IMG/VR virus record: IMGVR_UViG_3300024348_000010
Reading direction: 5' to 3' (one strand)
DNA from: a virus
Taxonomy: Duplodnaviria > Heunggongvirae > Uroviricota > Caudoviricetes
DNA: 49,742 bases
Every line of letters starts with the position of its first letter. Position 1 is the first letter of the stretch. Positions 8,896-19,700 of the stretch are shown here, in pieces. The translations under genes were made by a program, and so were the position numbers. A model generated the notes under the pieces. It was given only the letters and a program-made list of their open reading frames with translations. It had not been told where the DNA came from and ran no database searches.

Positions 8896-11800
8896 TTATG
8901 GTATATTGAAATTTATCTGCGATTCAAAGTTTCGAAGATCGAGTCTAAGCACGTTGTAAGTACCACTTGGATCAATGAATGTATCAACTGCTGATTCAGT
9001 TGCATTACCTCCGCCACCACTCTGAGTGTTCGTTCTGGCATCAGCTTGTGCAACAGAAGTAGAAGTGGTTGAAGCAGTAACATTCAGATTATTAGTGTTT
9101 GTAGCAGGAAGATTAGAGTAGTAGGCAAGAGTAATTGCGCCTGCTGCTCTCGAAGTTCCATCAGTGTTTTCAATTACAAATCGTTTTTGTCCAGCAATAT
9201 TAGAGATGATGCGGTTTTGTGCCGTAACATCAGTTGCCGCTTCATCGAGACCAGCATCATAATAAAAATCGAATGTCATAATGCCGTTTTCGTCGCTTCG
9301 AAGACCAGTAGTATTCGTCGTTGACGTTCTTACTTGTGAACACTTCGAAGTTCTGTTTTCTCCATCAAACGTAAACGTATGATTTGTATTCGGCTTCAAG
9401 CCAGATACAGAAATTACAAACTTCTGAGAATCAGCGATGTATTGTTGATCAAATCCTCTGTCGAAGTCGAAATAATTAAACATCGAATTGGTAATTGTGA
9501 ATGAACTCGGGTTTATGTTATGTACAGCGCCCGTATATTCAAACGTATTTGGATTCGCTACCGTAATTGTCGAAGTTGTTACAGAATCTGTAGGATATTG
9601 TAGAAGATAACCATAAGTTCCTGTTCTACCTTGTCCACCAAATAGACCACCGCGTTTCTTACCCTTGTATATTCTCACTTTTGCATATTGGCCTGCAGCA
9701 GGATCATGCGTCCATGTGATCTTAAATTGATCTTCAAGGAAAGTACCAGAATCGATACCGGTTGGATATGACTTACGCTCTATGCTTCCAACATGCTCGA
9801 CTCCGCGACCATCATTCAGTTGATTTATTTGATAGAGTCTGGCAATATCAGCGCTAGTAATAGAAGCTGCTGATGCAGAAGTTTGTGTGGCTGTCCATGG
9901 ACCATTTTCTGAAGCTCCTTGATAGACAGTTGCCGAAATGGCATTGTCGCGAGAAACTACATAAAGTTCTGCTGGTCCAGAAAGACTGCTGAATCGATAA
10001 ACGAATTCTTCGAACACTGTACCAGAATCCGAAACGCTCGTGCTTCTTTCTCTTGCTACTGTTGATTCTATTCTTTGAGTAACAGTAGTAACAACCACAT
10101 TTCCAGTTGTATTTGCAGCAGTATTTGCAGCAGTATTTGCAACTGGAAGAGGGCCTGCAGTCGCGACGCTCTGTTCTCCAATCACAAACTCGTTATATGG
10201 AAGTGTCAGAATGCCATCTTCTTGTCCTGTGCCATCTGGCTTAAACTGAAGATTTAACTCTCTCAGATATGGACCAAGCTGGTCGTTTTTAATAGTAGCA
10301 TAAAATTCTGGGCTTCCGATGTCTGCATAAACATAGTCGGTGAAAGGATCTACGAAGAATCCAAACTTAAATCTATCAAGAGCCGCATCTAAACCACTCG
10401 GAATAAATCTTGATTTTGCCAAAGCTTCAGCAAGAGTAAACGATACGTAATATTCCAGATCTTTAATTCTTCTATCAAGGCTACCGATATCAGCCATCGT
10501 ATAACGACGTTGCTGAATGCGAGTTCTTTGAGAAGCGCTGATTGAAGGCTTAATAGTATAGGTGCTCTTTCTTTTTCCAGAAATGGCGCTCGTCACCTTT
10601 GTATCTGTGATAGCAATCATCTCAGCAGAAAGCACTTCTGGAAGAGAAGGATATGGCGGAATGTTGTATATTTGTAGAGTAAGCGAGCTATCTTGTGCCG
10701 GTGGAAGAACAGGAGAAATGCCTGGTTCGCCGTTTTTGATTTCAAAACCACCTATCGAATTGATAATAACTCGATCAACTCTTCCAAGATAAGAACTTAC
10801 ATTTGCAGACAATGTAGAGTTAGGCACAGGGAAAAATGCGCTAGCCGAAGAGAAGTAGTTTGTATTCGAAGGAAGCGTAGGATTGATAATCGACGCAGCG
10901 TTTGCACCAGCCGCAACTGAAGAAATATCAGTCACATAGTTAATTGTATTTGCAGCCGATGGACGAAGATCTACACAATCTCTTACGTCATAATAAATTC
11001 CAGTTTTTCCTTGAAATTCTGGAAGTTCCATCGTGTTAATGCTTGTATCGCTGACAAGCGAAGCAAGATTTGCACTGTCGTTAATGGTATAGGAAGAGAT
11101 CGTCTTGACACCTGATGCAGATTGAAACGCATCAAACTTTACAAGAAGAATATCATTCGCAGCAAGCGAATCGTATCTTGGCTTTCTGACAAGCTTCGAA
11201 ATATCAAGGAAATCTTCATTTTGTCCGCTGTCAATATAAAACTGATTCGTAACGTCTGTAACACCGAATGTATTCTCGGTGAAGTACATCGTATTGCCAG
11301 TAAACTTATGCGCAGAAGTACTGTTTGAAGTCAGTGTAAGATTTGCTCCACCGCGAGTAGCAGAGAGTGCGAATCCAGATGTATTTGCATATACGGCAAA
11401 GTATGTGGTAGCATTTGCAAGGCCGCCGAGTACTCCGACACCTGCAGCATTCGAATATAGAAGAGAATCACCATTCGCGAATGGGTTATTCGTGATAGTA
11501 ATAAACGCGTTAGCGGTTCCTGATCCTGTAATATCTGTGGCTACGTTAAACGTAATATCTTGAGCAGTCGCGTCTTTCTTGTATACTCCACGAAGGCGAT
11601 ATACGTCAGATACACCGAGCGGCCATGGTCCTTGAATACCTGCGCTGTTGTTATTTGCAATACGAATTCTTGCATAGTTGCCACGATTTGACGTCTTCGC
11701 CGCTGAGCTTACATTGTTTCTTTGCGCATTATAGACAACCGAAACAGGCATCGAAGCGGCGGCATTTGAAGTAGCATTCGCGACATTATTACCGAAGTAG

Positions 11801-14289
11801 ATCGTCATGACTTGACTGTTCGAACTATCAACGTTCGCCCACTTCGTAGCTTTGTTTGTCAGTGAGATCGGAATATTTTGTGGATAATAAAGAGTAATGC
11901 TACCACCAGAATATGTTTTTCCTGGAGCAGTGGCGAGAGTCATCAAGGTGCTGTTTGCAATTGATGCGATTTGGGCCACAGCCGTATTTCCAGCCGTAGA
12001 ATTTGCAAGAAGAACATAATCTCCAGGAGAAAATTGTGTAGTAAATAATGAACCAGTTCCTACAACATTAGCAGTCGTATTATTAGCAGTACTAATAGTG
12101 CCTGTTGCGGTTATCTGAGACTTGAAGTTACCATTAGGAATTACAATCAAATCGCGTTTCTCAGAAGTATTCAGCTCTTCTGTATACGGGAAATATTCAT
12201 TTGATGAAAGATTTAAAACAACATAACCGTCAGAATTAGAAGTTTCAGTTGTGTTAATGGTTCTGTATTGATATGTGATGTTAGAAACATTCGACGTAGC
12301 ATTCTTTAACTTGAAAAGAAGCGATGAGTCTGAAGTATCTCGAAGTACTGCTCCAAGAGTAGCATCAATTACTACGTCAGCAATTGCTTTATTGCCACTG
12401 CTATAGTAGATGCTTCTTACGTCCTTAGTATTTGAACCGCCGTTCATCTTAATGTCAAAGAGATACATTCTGTATACGGCATTCGCATTACCGACATCTC
12501 CGCTCTGATAAGCAAAAGTACGAAGTCTTGCAGTACCAATCTTCGTTCCTACCGGGGAAATTGTAGTCGATCCAGTACTAATATAATTTGCAGGAGATCC
12601 ATAAAGATCTACTTGACCACCAATGTCAAAGTTGAACGAACCGGCAAGTTCGTCGACTTCGAAGTAGTTACCGTAACCGAGACGAGTTTGCGAAGCAGGA
12701 TCATTTAGCTTCGTCGTACCCTTATTCATGTTTTGCTTATAGTTGTCGATAGTTTCAATACGAATACCATTGATATAAGCTTTACCCGGATCAATGTTCA
12801 TCTTCACAAGACTTGCAGTATCTGAGAACGTTCCAGAATCTTTCGTCAGTGTAAGGAACTGATCGATGACATAGTTGCCAGATTCTTCGTAAGTTCTTGC
12901 TGCGAGTTGACGGCCAATGACATTATAGACAGTGTCTTGATTTACACGATACGGACGACCGTCTGTGAACTCGATGATTGGAAGGAATTCTGAGTTTGCA
13001 TCGGCTTCGGCTTTTGTCAGTACGCTGATGACTGGTGTCAACTTCAGACGATCTGCGCCAGGAGCAGCAAAGTTGAAAGTACCGGTGGCATTGTCAAGAA
13101 GCGACTGATCTTGATTTGAGTTAACAATGCTTTCATTTGTATAGAAACCAACAGACTTATCAAAGCCAGTATTCGAATACTTGTTTACAACCTCGAACTG
13201 AGAAGCAACTCTCGAGAAGAAACCCTTCTGATAGATTGTGCCTTCGCCGATCGTAACACCATAACCAGTTCCGATAGGAACGGTTGTTGCGTTTGCCACT
13301 TGAATCGTAGCAAGGAATGTTTCTGCTGCGAGCTCAAGCTCGCCTAATTCGGTGGCAGTAAATGTAGAAGTGGTCGAGTTATTTGCGATGGTAACATGTG
13401 GCTCTACGTAGTAACCTGAACCTTGTCCAATGATCTGAACAGCTGTGACTTTACCTAGACTGTCTGTTGTAAGTGAACCAACTGCACCCGAACCAACAAT
13501 TGCAACTACGTTCGCAGATACACCAGATCCGAAATTACGAATCTGCTCGCCAGCTGCAAATCGGAACTTAATCGTATTTGCAGAAATAAGATCAGGATAT
13601 TCTGGTCTCACCTTCAAGATAAGAGCAGAGCTATTAGCAGTTGTATTCGCTTCGATAATCACGGCATTTGCAACGCCGTTCTGAATTACAGATCCGGCCA
13701 CAAAGCTTGCAGCAGCTGCAGCACCACCTGTACTATTTTGTACAGCAAGTGCCGACATCACTACAACCGTGTCGCTATTACTAAACTTCGAAGCGCCATC
13801 GTTTACTTTGATATTGAAGATAGGATAAGACTTATTGAAAACCGTAAGAGTTTCATCTGCTGCAAAAGAATCTGTTTCGAAATCTGTTCCTGAACTGATG
13901 TAGTTCACAAACAGCGTGTTCAAATCTGGTGAACGAGATTGCAGACCAGCGGTCGTCTTTACAATGTATGCTTCGACATTTGCGGCGTTCTTGACATATA
14001 GGTTGTTATAAAGAGTGACATCGACTTGTAGACCATCGGTCGTTAGATCGTTGATCTTGATATAAGGAACTTTATCATGCTTAGTAATCGTACAACCATC
14101 GATGATTGTGCCACGCTTAAATACGTTGTCACCAAACTTCTCAATTTGATTTTGCAAGATTGACTGGAGCTGGTTAAGCTCACGGGCTTGGACTGCGACA
14201 CCGGGCTGGAACAAGACTTTATAAAAGTCCTTCTTGACGTCGAAGTCATCAAAATAAGGAGATACGTTTAGGTTGGTTTCCAGAGCCAT
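8896..14289 (-). CDS. Large virion structural protein (DUF4815 / VrlC-like)
   Basis: 1797 aa. Starts ETNLNVSPYFDDFD..KDFYKVLFQPGVAVQARELNQLQSILQNQIEKFG and contains APGADRLK, RYTMADIGSLDRRIKDLEYY and RFKFGFFVDPF motifs. Confidence 0.88.
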   Translation of the reverse strand: MALETNLNVSPYFDDFDVKKDFYKVLFQPGVAVQARELNQLQSILQNQIEKFGDNVFKRGTIIDGCTITKHDKVPYIKINDLTTDGLQVDVTLYNNLYVKNAANVEAYIVKTTAGLQSRSPDLNTLFVNYISSGTDFETDSFAADETLTVFNKSYPIFNIKVNDGASKFSNSDTVVVMSALAVQNSTGGAAAAASFVAGSVIQNGVANAVIIEANTTANSSALILKVRPEYPDLISANTIKFRFAAGEQIRNFGSGVSANVVAIVGSGAVGSLTTDSLGKVTAVQIIGQGSGYYVEPHVTIANNSTTSTFTATELGELELAAETFLATIQVANATTVPIGTGYGVTIGEGTIYQKGFFSRVASQFEVVNKYSNTGFDKSVGFYTNESIVNSNQDQSLLDNATGTFNFAAPGADRLKLTPVISVLTKAEADANSEFLPIIEFTDGRPYRVNQDTVYNVIGRQLAARTYEESGNYVIDQFLTLTKDSGTFSDTASLVKMNIDPGKAYINGIRIETIDNYKQNMNKGTTKLNDPASQTRLGYGNYFEVDELAGSFNFDIGGQVDLYGSPANYISTGSTTISPVGTKIGTARLRTFAYQSGDVGNANAVYRMYLFDIKMNGGSNTKDVRSIYYSSGNKAIADVVIDATLGAVLRDTSDSSLLFKLKNATSNVSNITYQYRTINTTETSNSDGYVVLNLSSNEYFPYTEELNTSEKRDLIVIPNGNFKSQITATGTISTANNTTANVVGTGSLFTTQFSPGDYVLLANSTAGNTAVAQIASIANSTLMTLATAPGKTYSGGSITLYYPQNIPISLTNKATKWANVDSSNSQVMTIYFGNNVANATSNAAASMPVSVVYNAQRNNVSSAAKTSNRGNYARIRIANNNSAGIQGPWPLGVSDVYRLRGVYKKDATAQDITFNVATDITGSGTANAFITITNNPFANGDSLLYSNAAGVGVLGGLANATTYFAVYANTSGFALSATRGGANLTLTSNSTSAHKFTGNTMYFTENTFGVTDVTNQFYIDSGQNEDFLDISKLVRKPRYDSLAANDILLVKFDAFQSASGVKTISSYTINDSANLASLVSDTSINTMELPEFQGKTGIYYDVRDCVDLRPSAANTINYVTDISSVAAGANAASIINPTLPSNTNYFSSASAFFPVPNSTLSANVSSYLGRVDRVIINSIGGFEIKNGEPGISPVLPPAQDSSLTLQIYNIPPYPSLPEVLSAEMIAITDTKVTSAISGKRKSTYTIKPSISASQRTRIQQRRYTMADIGSLDRRIKDLEYYVSFTLAEALAKSRFIPSGLDAALDRFKFGFFVDPFTDYVYADIGSPEFYATIKNDQLGPYLRELNLQFKPDGTGQEDGILTLPYNEFVIGEQSVATAGPLPVANTAANTAANTTGNVVVTTVTQRIESTVARERSTSVSDSGTVFEEFVYRFSSLSGPAELYVVSRDNAISATVYQGASENGPWTATQTSASAASITSADIARLYQINQLNDGRGVEHVGSIERKSYPTGIDSGTFLEDQFKITWTHDPAAGQYAKVRIYKGKKRGGLFGGQGRTGTYGYLLQYPTDSVTTSTITVANPNTFEYTGAVHNINPSSFTITNSMFNYFDFDRGFDQQYIADSQKFVISVSGLKPNTNHTFTFDGENRTSKCSQVRTSTTNTTGLRSDENGIMTFDFYYDAGLDEAATDVTAQNRIISNIAGQKRFVIENTDGTSRAAGAITLAYYSNLPATNTNNLNVTASTTSTSVAQADARTNTQSGGGGNATESAVDTFIDPSGTYNVLRLDLRNFESQINFNIP

Positions 14290-14293
14290 TTAA

Positions 14294-16726
14294 TTAAAAC
14301 TCCAATACTATCTTTATAATTTCTGATTTGTTATCGTTACGAGCGATAGGATCAAGATTCTCTAAGTAAAGAACCTCGCCGCTACCGACTACAAAGTCTC
14401 CATTGTATTTATTCAATAATGGGGAAAGCTCTGCAGAAGATACTACTCCTGCGATATCTATGACTCCACGCGCATCAAGGTTAAAGATGCCTGATTTATT
14501 ACTAATCCACAATATATCAGAAGCGCCGTCGATCTCATCGAGATGGTGGACTCTGCCGCGCGGCTGCGCATATGAAATCAGACTTTCTTGCTTAATCTCT
14601 TCGTCTTCGAGGAACGGTACTCCGCCGGTGCTAAATGTGCCAATCAATCGAGTTAGCTGGCGAGAGTAGTTGAATGAACTCGCTACTCTGTCGTTGATTT
14701 CAATCGTTCCAGTAATAGATGCTGTCGTACCCGACACAGGAACTACGGTGTCTCCTGACATACCACCAACACCGATGATACGACTTCCAGAAGTAAATAC
14801 TCCTGCAACATTTGACAATTCAATTTGACTTGATCCAGAGAACGATACGATGCCGCTCGCTTCTACGACGATAGCTGACACTTCACAATCTTCTGCCGTA
14901 AACGAGCTGTTGGTATTTGCAGTCGTAATACGATAGTCTTGTGGAACGTTGGCTACTGTCGAGATATAGTTGTTCGAACCGTCTGTGACAAGAACATAGT
15001 CGCCAACTTCAAAGGCATCTTTGTAAGTAGGAGCATCTGGATTTCTAAGAGCTACAGTAATAACTCCGTTCGATCCTGATACACTTGCATCTCCGTTGAT
15101 CGTAACGAGAGGAGCTGAAGTATATCCAGAACCTGCGTTAGTAATTGTAACAGATGTAATAACTCCTGAACCGTTATTTGCGAATGTGCCTGCTGCACCT
15201 GTTCCATCAGTTCCAGAATTGTTAAAGACGAGTTGATTATTCGCAGTGCTATTGTATCCTGTTCCACCACTTACAATAGTAGCAGTAGTCGAAAGAAGGC
15301 CGAAGTCTGTCTTTTCAATCGTCGTGCTAGCTGCTGTAATTGAAACGTTGCCGTGCAGCTTTAACTTTCTATATTGATAGACTTTCTCACCAACAGAAAA
15401 ACCTGGTCCAATTACATTGTTGATATTCATATCGACCTTTGTAAAGGTCGGATTCTTAATTACTCCGACTTGTCGAAAATCATTTTCTGTTGAAATGATA
15501 CCGCTCTCGCTGTTATTAAACTTGGCGCTGATGCATATTCTTTTTGCAAAGAGTTCATTGTAAGGATCTGAGCCATGGCCATTCTTTGGAGAAATAATTG
15601 GACGCAATGATGCTGGTGCAAAGTACGTAGAGCTTGATACGACCGGTGGAAGCTGAATAAATGTTTCGTCGAAAATAGATGGAGGAATAGTAATAGGCTG
15701 TTCAGAAACATATGATTCAGCCTTTCGATAGTTTTCTCCTACCGCTAGCAATTCGACTCTATTCACGGAATTTGTAGATGCCGCATCGATATATACAATT
15801 CCTTCTGCGGGAGTCGATTCTTCGCCATCTCCCCAAACGAATGCATATGGATATACTTCATAAGTATCTCCAGCAGAAGGAGTATTAATAAACGAGGAAT
15901 CAAGAATAAATTTCTTCTGTGCAGAAGTGCCTTCATAGTTAACGATTCTTCGATACTCACCGATAGCAAGACCCGAAGTCATCTTCATGACACAACCTTG
16001 ATAGTAGTCATCGATCGATACTGCAGTTGCTGGTGCACCATAAAATGTAGGAATACCTTGTACGGTGATATCGGCTGTTAAGAGTGTGGCACTGGCAATA
16101 TAGTTGTCATAACCTGCACCAGGATCTTCTACCTTAATGACTTCAATCGTTCCTCGAGTAGCGCCATCAATGACCGAGGTGTTGGCAATGATAGGAACGT
16201 ATTGCGAAGTAGCAAACTTTTCATACTGAGATTTTGTGATGGTGTACATGTATTTCCATACATATCCGTCACCTGTTTCGACAGGATTGAGATCGGCGGC
16301 ACTACCTACACGAGAAGGTGCAACAGTCGAATTTACATTGATAGTATCAGTGCTTTTGTTGAACAAGCACTTCCAAACGTTGTACTCTGTATCGTCGTCG
16401 ACAGTGATAAAGAAGTTCTTGGTTTCAAGATCGCCGTCAAGATGATCATACATCGCATAGTGTGTGTTTGATTCCCACAGATTCTTTTTCGCCATATGAA
16501 CTACATCATCAGAAGAAATTCTCTTCGCGAAGATCATATTGTCATAGACGTTCGTGTCTGTATCACGAATGCTATTATTCGGAACAGGAATAATCGTGTC
16601 GCTGTTAGCATAAGGAATATGACGAGCGGCATACACAAAGTAATCATTGTTAGCAAAGCTATTCATGAAGTTTGCAGCTGCCGCTACATTAAAACTACTC
16701 GTAATGAGTTTTTGAGTTACTGCCAT
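14294..16726 (-). CDS. gp8: Baseplate wedge subunit gp8
   Basis: MIFAKRISSDDVVHMAKKNLWESNTHYAMYD...VWKCLFN...GDGYVWKYMYTI, and C-terminal GSGEVLYLENLDPIAR...EIIKIVLEF. Follows gp7. Confidence 0.9.
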   Translation of the reverse strand: MAVTQKLITSSFNVAAAANFMNSFANNDYFVYAARHIPYANSDTIIPVPNNSIRDTDTNVYDNMIFAKRISSDDVVHMAKKNLWESNTHYAMYDHLDGDLETKNFFITVDDDTEYNVWKCLFNKSTDTINVNSTVAPSRVGSAADLNPVETGDGYVWKYMYTITKSQYEKFATSQYVPIIANTSVIDGATRGTIEVIKVEDPGAGYDNYIASATLLTADITVQGIPTFYGAPATAVSIDDYYQGCVMKMTSGLAIGEYRRIVNYEGTSAQKKFILDSSFINTPSAGDTYEVYPYAFVWGDGEESTPAEGIVYIDAASTNSVNRVELLAVGENYRKAESYVSEQPITIPPSIFDETFIQLPPVVSSSTYFAPASLRPIISPKNGHGSDPYNELFAKRICISAKFNNSESGIISTENDFRQVGVIKNPTFTKVDMNINNVIGPGFSVGEKVYQYRKLKLHGNVSITAASTTIEKTDFGLLSTTATIVSGGTGYNSTANNQLVFNNSGTDGTGAAGTFANNGSGVITSVTITNAGSGYTSAPLVTINGDASVSGSNGVITVALRNPDAPTYKDAFEVGDYVLVTDGSNNYISTVANVPQDYRITTANTNSSFTAEDCEVSAIVVEASGIVSFSGSSQIELSNVAGVFTSGSRIIGVGGMSGDTVVPVSGTTASITGTIEINDRVASSFNYSRQLTRLIGTFSTGGVPFLEDEEIKQESLISYAQPRGRVHHLDEIDGASDILWISNKSGIFNLDARGVIDIAGVVSSAELSPLLNKYNGDFVVGSGEVLYLENLDPIARNDNKSEIIKIVLEF

Positions 16727-19700
16727 TTATTCCTCTATCGTCTTTGTCAAGAAGTGACCAGCGTTAATATCTCCGCTAGTGCTACCATTCGCTGTTATAT
16801 TTATAGGACTTCCATTCGCGGTTAACGATAGTTTCACCGTATTTGGAGTAGTATTTACAATATAATAATTTTGATTATTTGCAAGTTTTTCAATTCTTAG
16901 AATGTGCGTTTCTGCCGTTGAGTTAGAATAAATGCTAACCGCTTTACCGATAGAGTTCGCAAGCTTTATTGAAGTAGCGTTTGCGCTTCGAATGAAGTAT
17001 TCACTGCCTTCTGCAAGACCAACAGCAGTAGATCCACCATTCTTTGTATACTTAACAACATCACCTATTCTAAACAGATTGTTTGCTACGCTAATAGTAT
17101 TTGAAGTAATTGCATTTGTTACAAACGATAGAGACACGTTTGCTTGCACAGCCGTATTCGATGTGGTGTAAAGAACCAAGTCGCCATTTGCAAACGGATT
17201 AATAACCTTCGTCAATGTATGCAATGCCAGTGTGTTACTGATTGCAACAGTATTGAGATTCAGAGCATCTCCACCTCTTGTTTCAGAGATCTTGATGCCT
17301 GTCGTATTTGCGAACACTACGTAATAGTATTCGTTATTTGATAGGCTCGAAGAAGTTCCTACACCAAGTGTTTGTGCTTCTGACGTAGTATATTGTAAAT
17401 AATCATGTACATTTAGTGGGAATGTGGTATAATAAGGATTAGTCCCTAACGATATCAGATCAGTATCATTGTTGACATCCATTACCTTAAACTTGAAACT
17501 GACATCTTCGAAGTCGGTCTGAATAGTATCATTCACAGTCGAAACGTCGTCATTCGAGTTAAATTGGATTTCTTGCCCAGTAGAAATGCTTGTCAAAGCG
17601 AGTGCGGCATTCGATTCTTCTACGATCAATGCAGATCCAAAGAACTTCGTTCCAGCCATATGCATGACTTTCTTGAACATGTCAGAATATCTATCTACCG
17701 AGATTTTCGAAAGAATCTCATAAGAATACTCTTGGTAATAGTCTCCGTCGTGCACGTAGATATCGTCAGACAAGAACCCTTTCGAGCTTCTGTAATATCC
17801 GATTCCAAGGCCATGGCCGTCGAGAACCATCTTTGCGGTTCCAGATCTCAGATTATCTTCTGATACAAAGTCAACGATTTCTGCATTCGAATATGCAAAA
17901 CCTGAATCGATGACTTGAAGAGCAGTGACTTCACCGTTTGACGTCACAACGTTTGCTGTGATATCCGCATTCAATCCGATAGGATACAATTCTGTGATAT
18001 CTTCAGTCACACCTATTACGTCAGCTTCGGCGCCAGAAACTTCGCCGATCATCGGCTCATTTGGCAACCAAGTATTTTCGAATGTGATTCTCTTGGCAAG
18101 CATCTGCGAACTGTTACTTGATTTTACAATCGCTTTGGCAGTCGATACAATCTCGAAAAGACTTACGCTCGAAATAAGCGCGTTTGCGGTAGGTACTGTA
18201 TAAGAATATAGTAAAGCGTTATTTGTAATAGGTGCAGTGTTTCCAGTCACTCTGACATAATTGCGTACAACACTTTCATGAGTGTTGGAGAAGATTGAAG
18301 AAACAGTAGCATTAACTACACTTGCAGTAAGGAAGTGTCCAGTTTCTGATACACTAGTAGCTGTAATATCAACATTAGAACCAGTAGATGTGGTTGAAAG
18401 AGCAAGACCAGTACTATTTGCGTATCTTACAAAATATAAAGAATTGTTTGTGAGTCCAGTAACAGCGGTATTTCCAGCTGCAGTCGAATATGTAATTTGT
18501 TGTCCATTTGCAAAGATACTATTTGCCGATGTTATTGAAATAAAATCATTGCTATTTTGAACTTGTGTATTCGAGTTAAAAGTTGAAACTACATTTTGGA
18601 ATAGCTTATCTTTTGGCAGATATCCTGGAAGAGTTGCGATCGTATGTGATTCGCCACCTGTCGAGTTAGCAGTAATGTTGATTGCGGATCCACTGAGAGT
18701 AGAAGCTAATTTAAATCCTACGTTGTTCGCAGCAACAACATAGTAAACAGCATTCGCTGTCAAACCGCTGATAGCAGTATTGCCATTCGGAATTCTGTAC
18801 TGAACGATTTGACCATTAGCGAACTCGTTCGTATAGCTACGTAGCTGATGACCAATCAAGTCAGGATTGTAATTTCTGAGGAAGTGCCCATTACTTCCAG
18901 GATTTGCTGCTGTCAAATCTACGTTGGCTCCACCGGCTGTCAATGAAAGTGCTAAGCCAGTGCTATTTGCATAGCGAACATAGTAGAGAGCATTCGCTTC
19001 GAGACCATCAACTGCTGCAACACCATCTGTCACAACATATCTGACTTGACCGCCATTGGCAAATAAAGTATTCGCAGTCGCGATTTGAATAAAATCATTA
19101 CTGTTTTGTACGTTAGTATTTGAGTTAAACTCTGCGACATTCGAACTCTGTGTAATATTCACTTTGGCAAGTGTGTTTGCCGCTTGAGTTGTGAGAGTGA
19201 CGCCAGTCGAATTCGATGCCAAGACATAGTAGAAACTGTTGTTTGATAGGCCTGTCACCGCCGTATTCGCATTATCAGTAAAGTAACGAACAAGATCATT
19301 CGCTGCAAACTCATTACCAGTGATTGTAATAAAATCTGTATTCGAGTTGACTTCGTCCGTAGGATTAAACGACGATGTGATGTTACGATAGAAGATAAAT
19401 TCTGATGCGCTGTTGGCTTCGTACTGAGATTGCAAACTAAATGTCTTGGCATCATACGTGTTGCTGTATGCACCAGAAGAAACCTTCAGATCGTAGAACT
19501 TGAGATTTGCTTGAGATTGATTTACTATTTCTCCAGCAACAAAGTTTCTTGTTGCATTTTCAAACGTAATTACAAAGTCTTTACGATCGAAACCTGAAAT
19601 GTATGGCTGATGTGCAAGAACAAATGGATCGACGTTATAGTCTTCACCTGGATTGATCTGATTGAGTGATCCAATAATCCCGATCTCAAATCTACCAAAC

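Noticed and set aside
10109-10140. 12-nt tandem repeat as a phase-variable element
   Set aside because: It is an in-frame ANTA repeat in a linker, and changes in copy number would not shift the frame.
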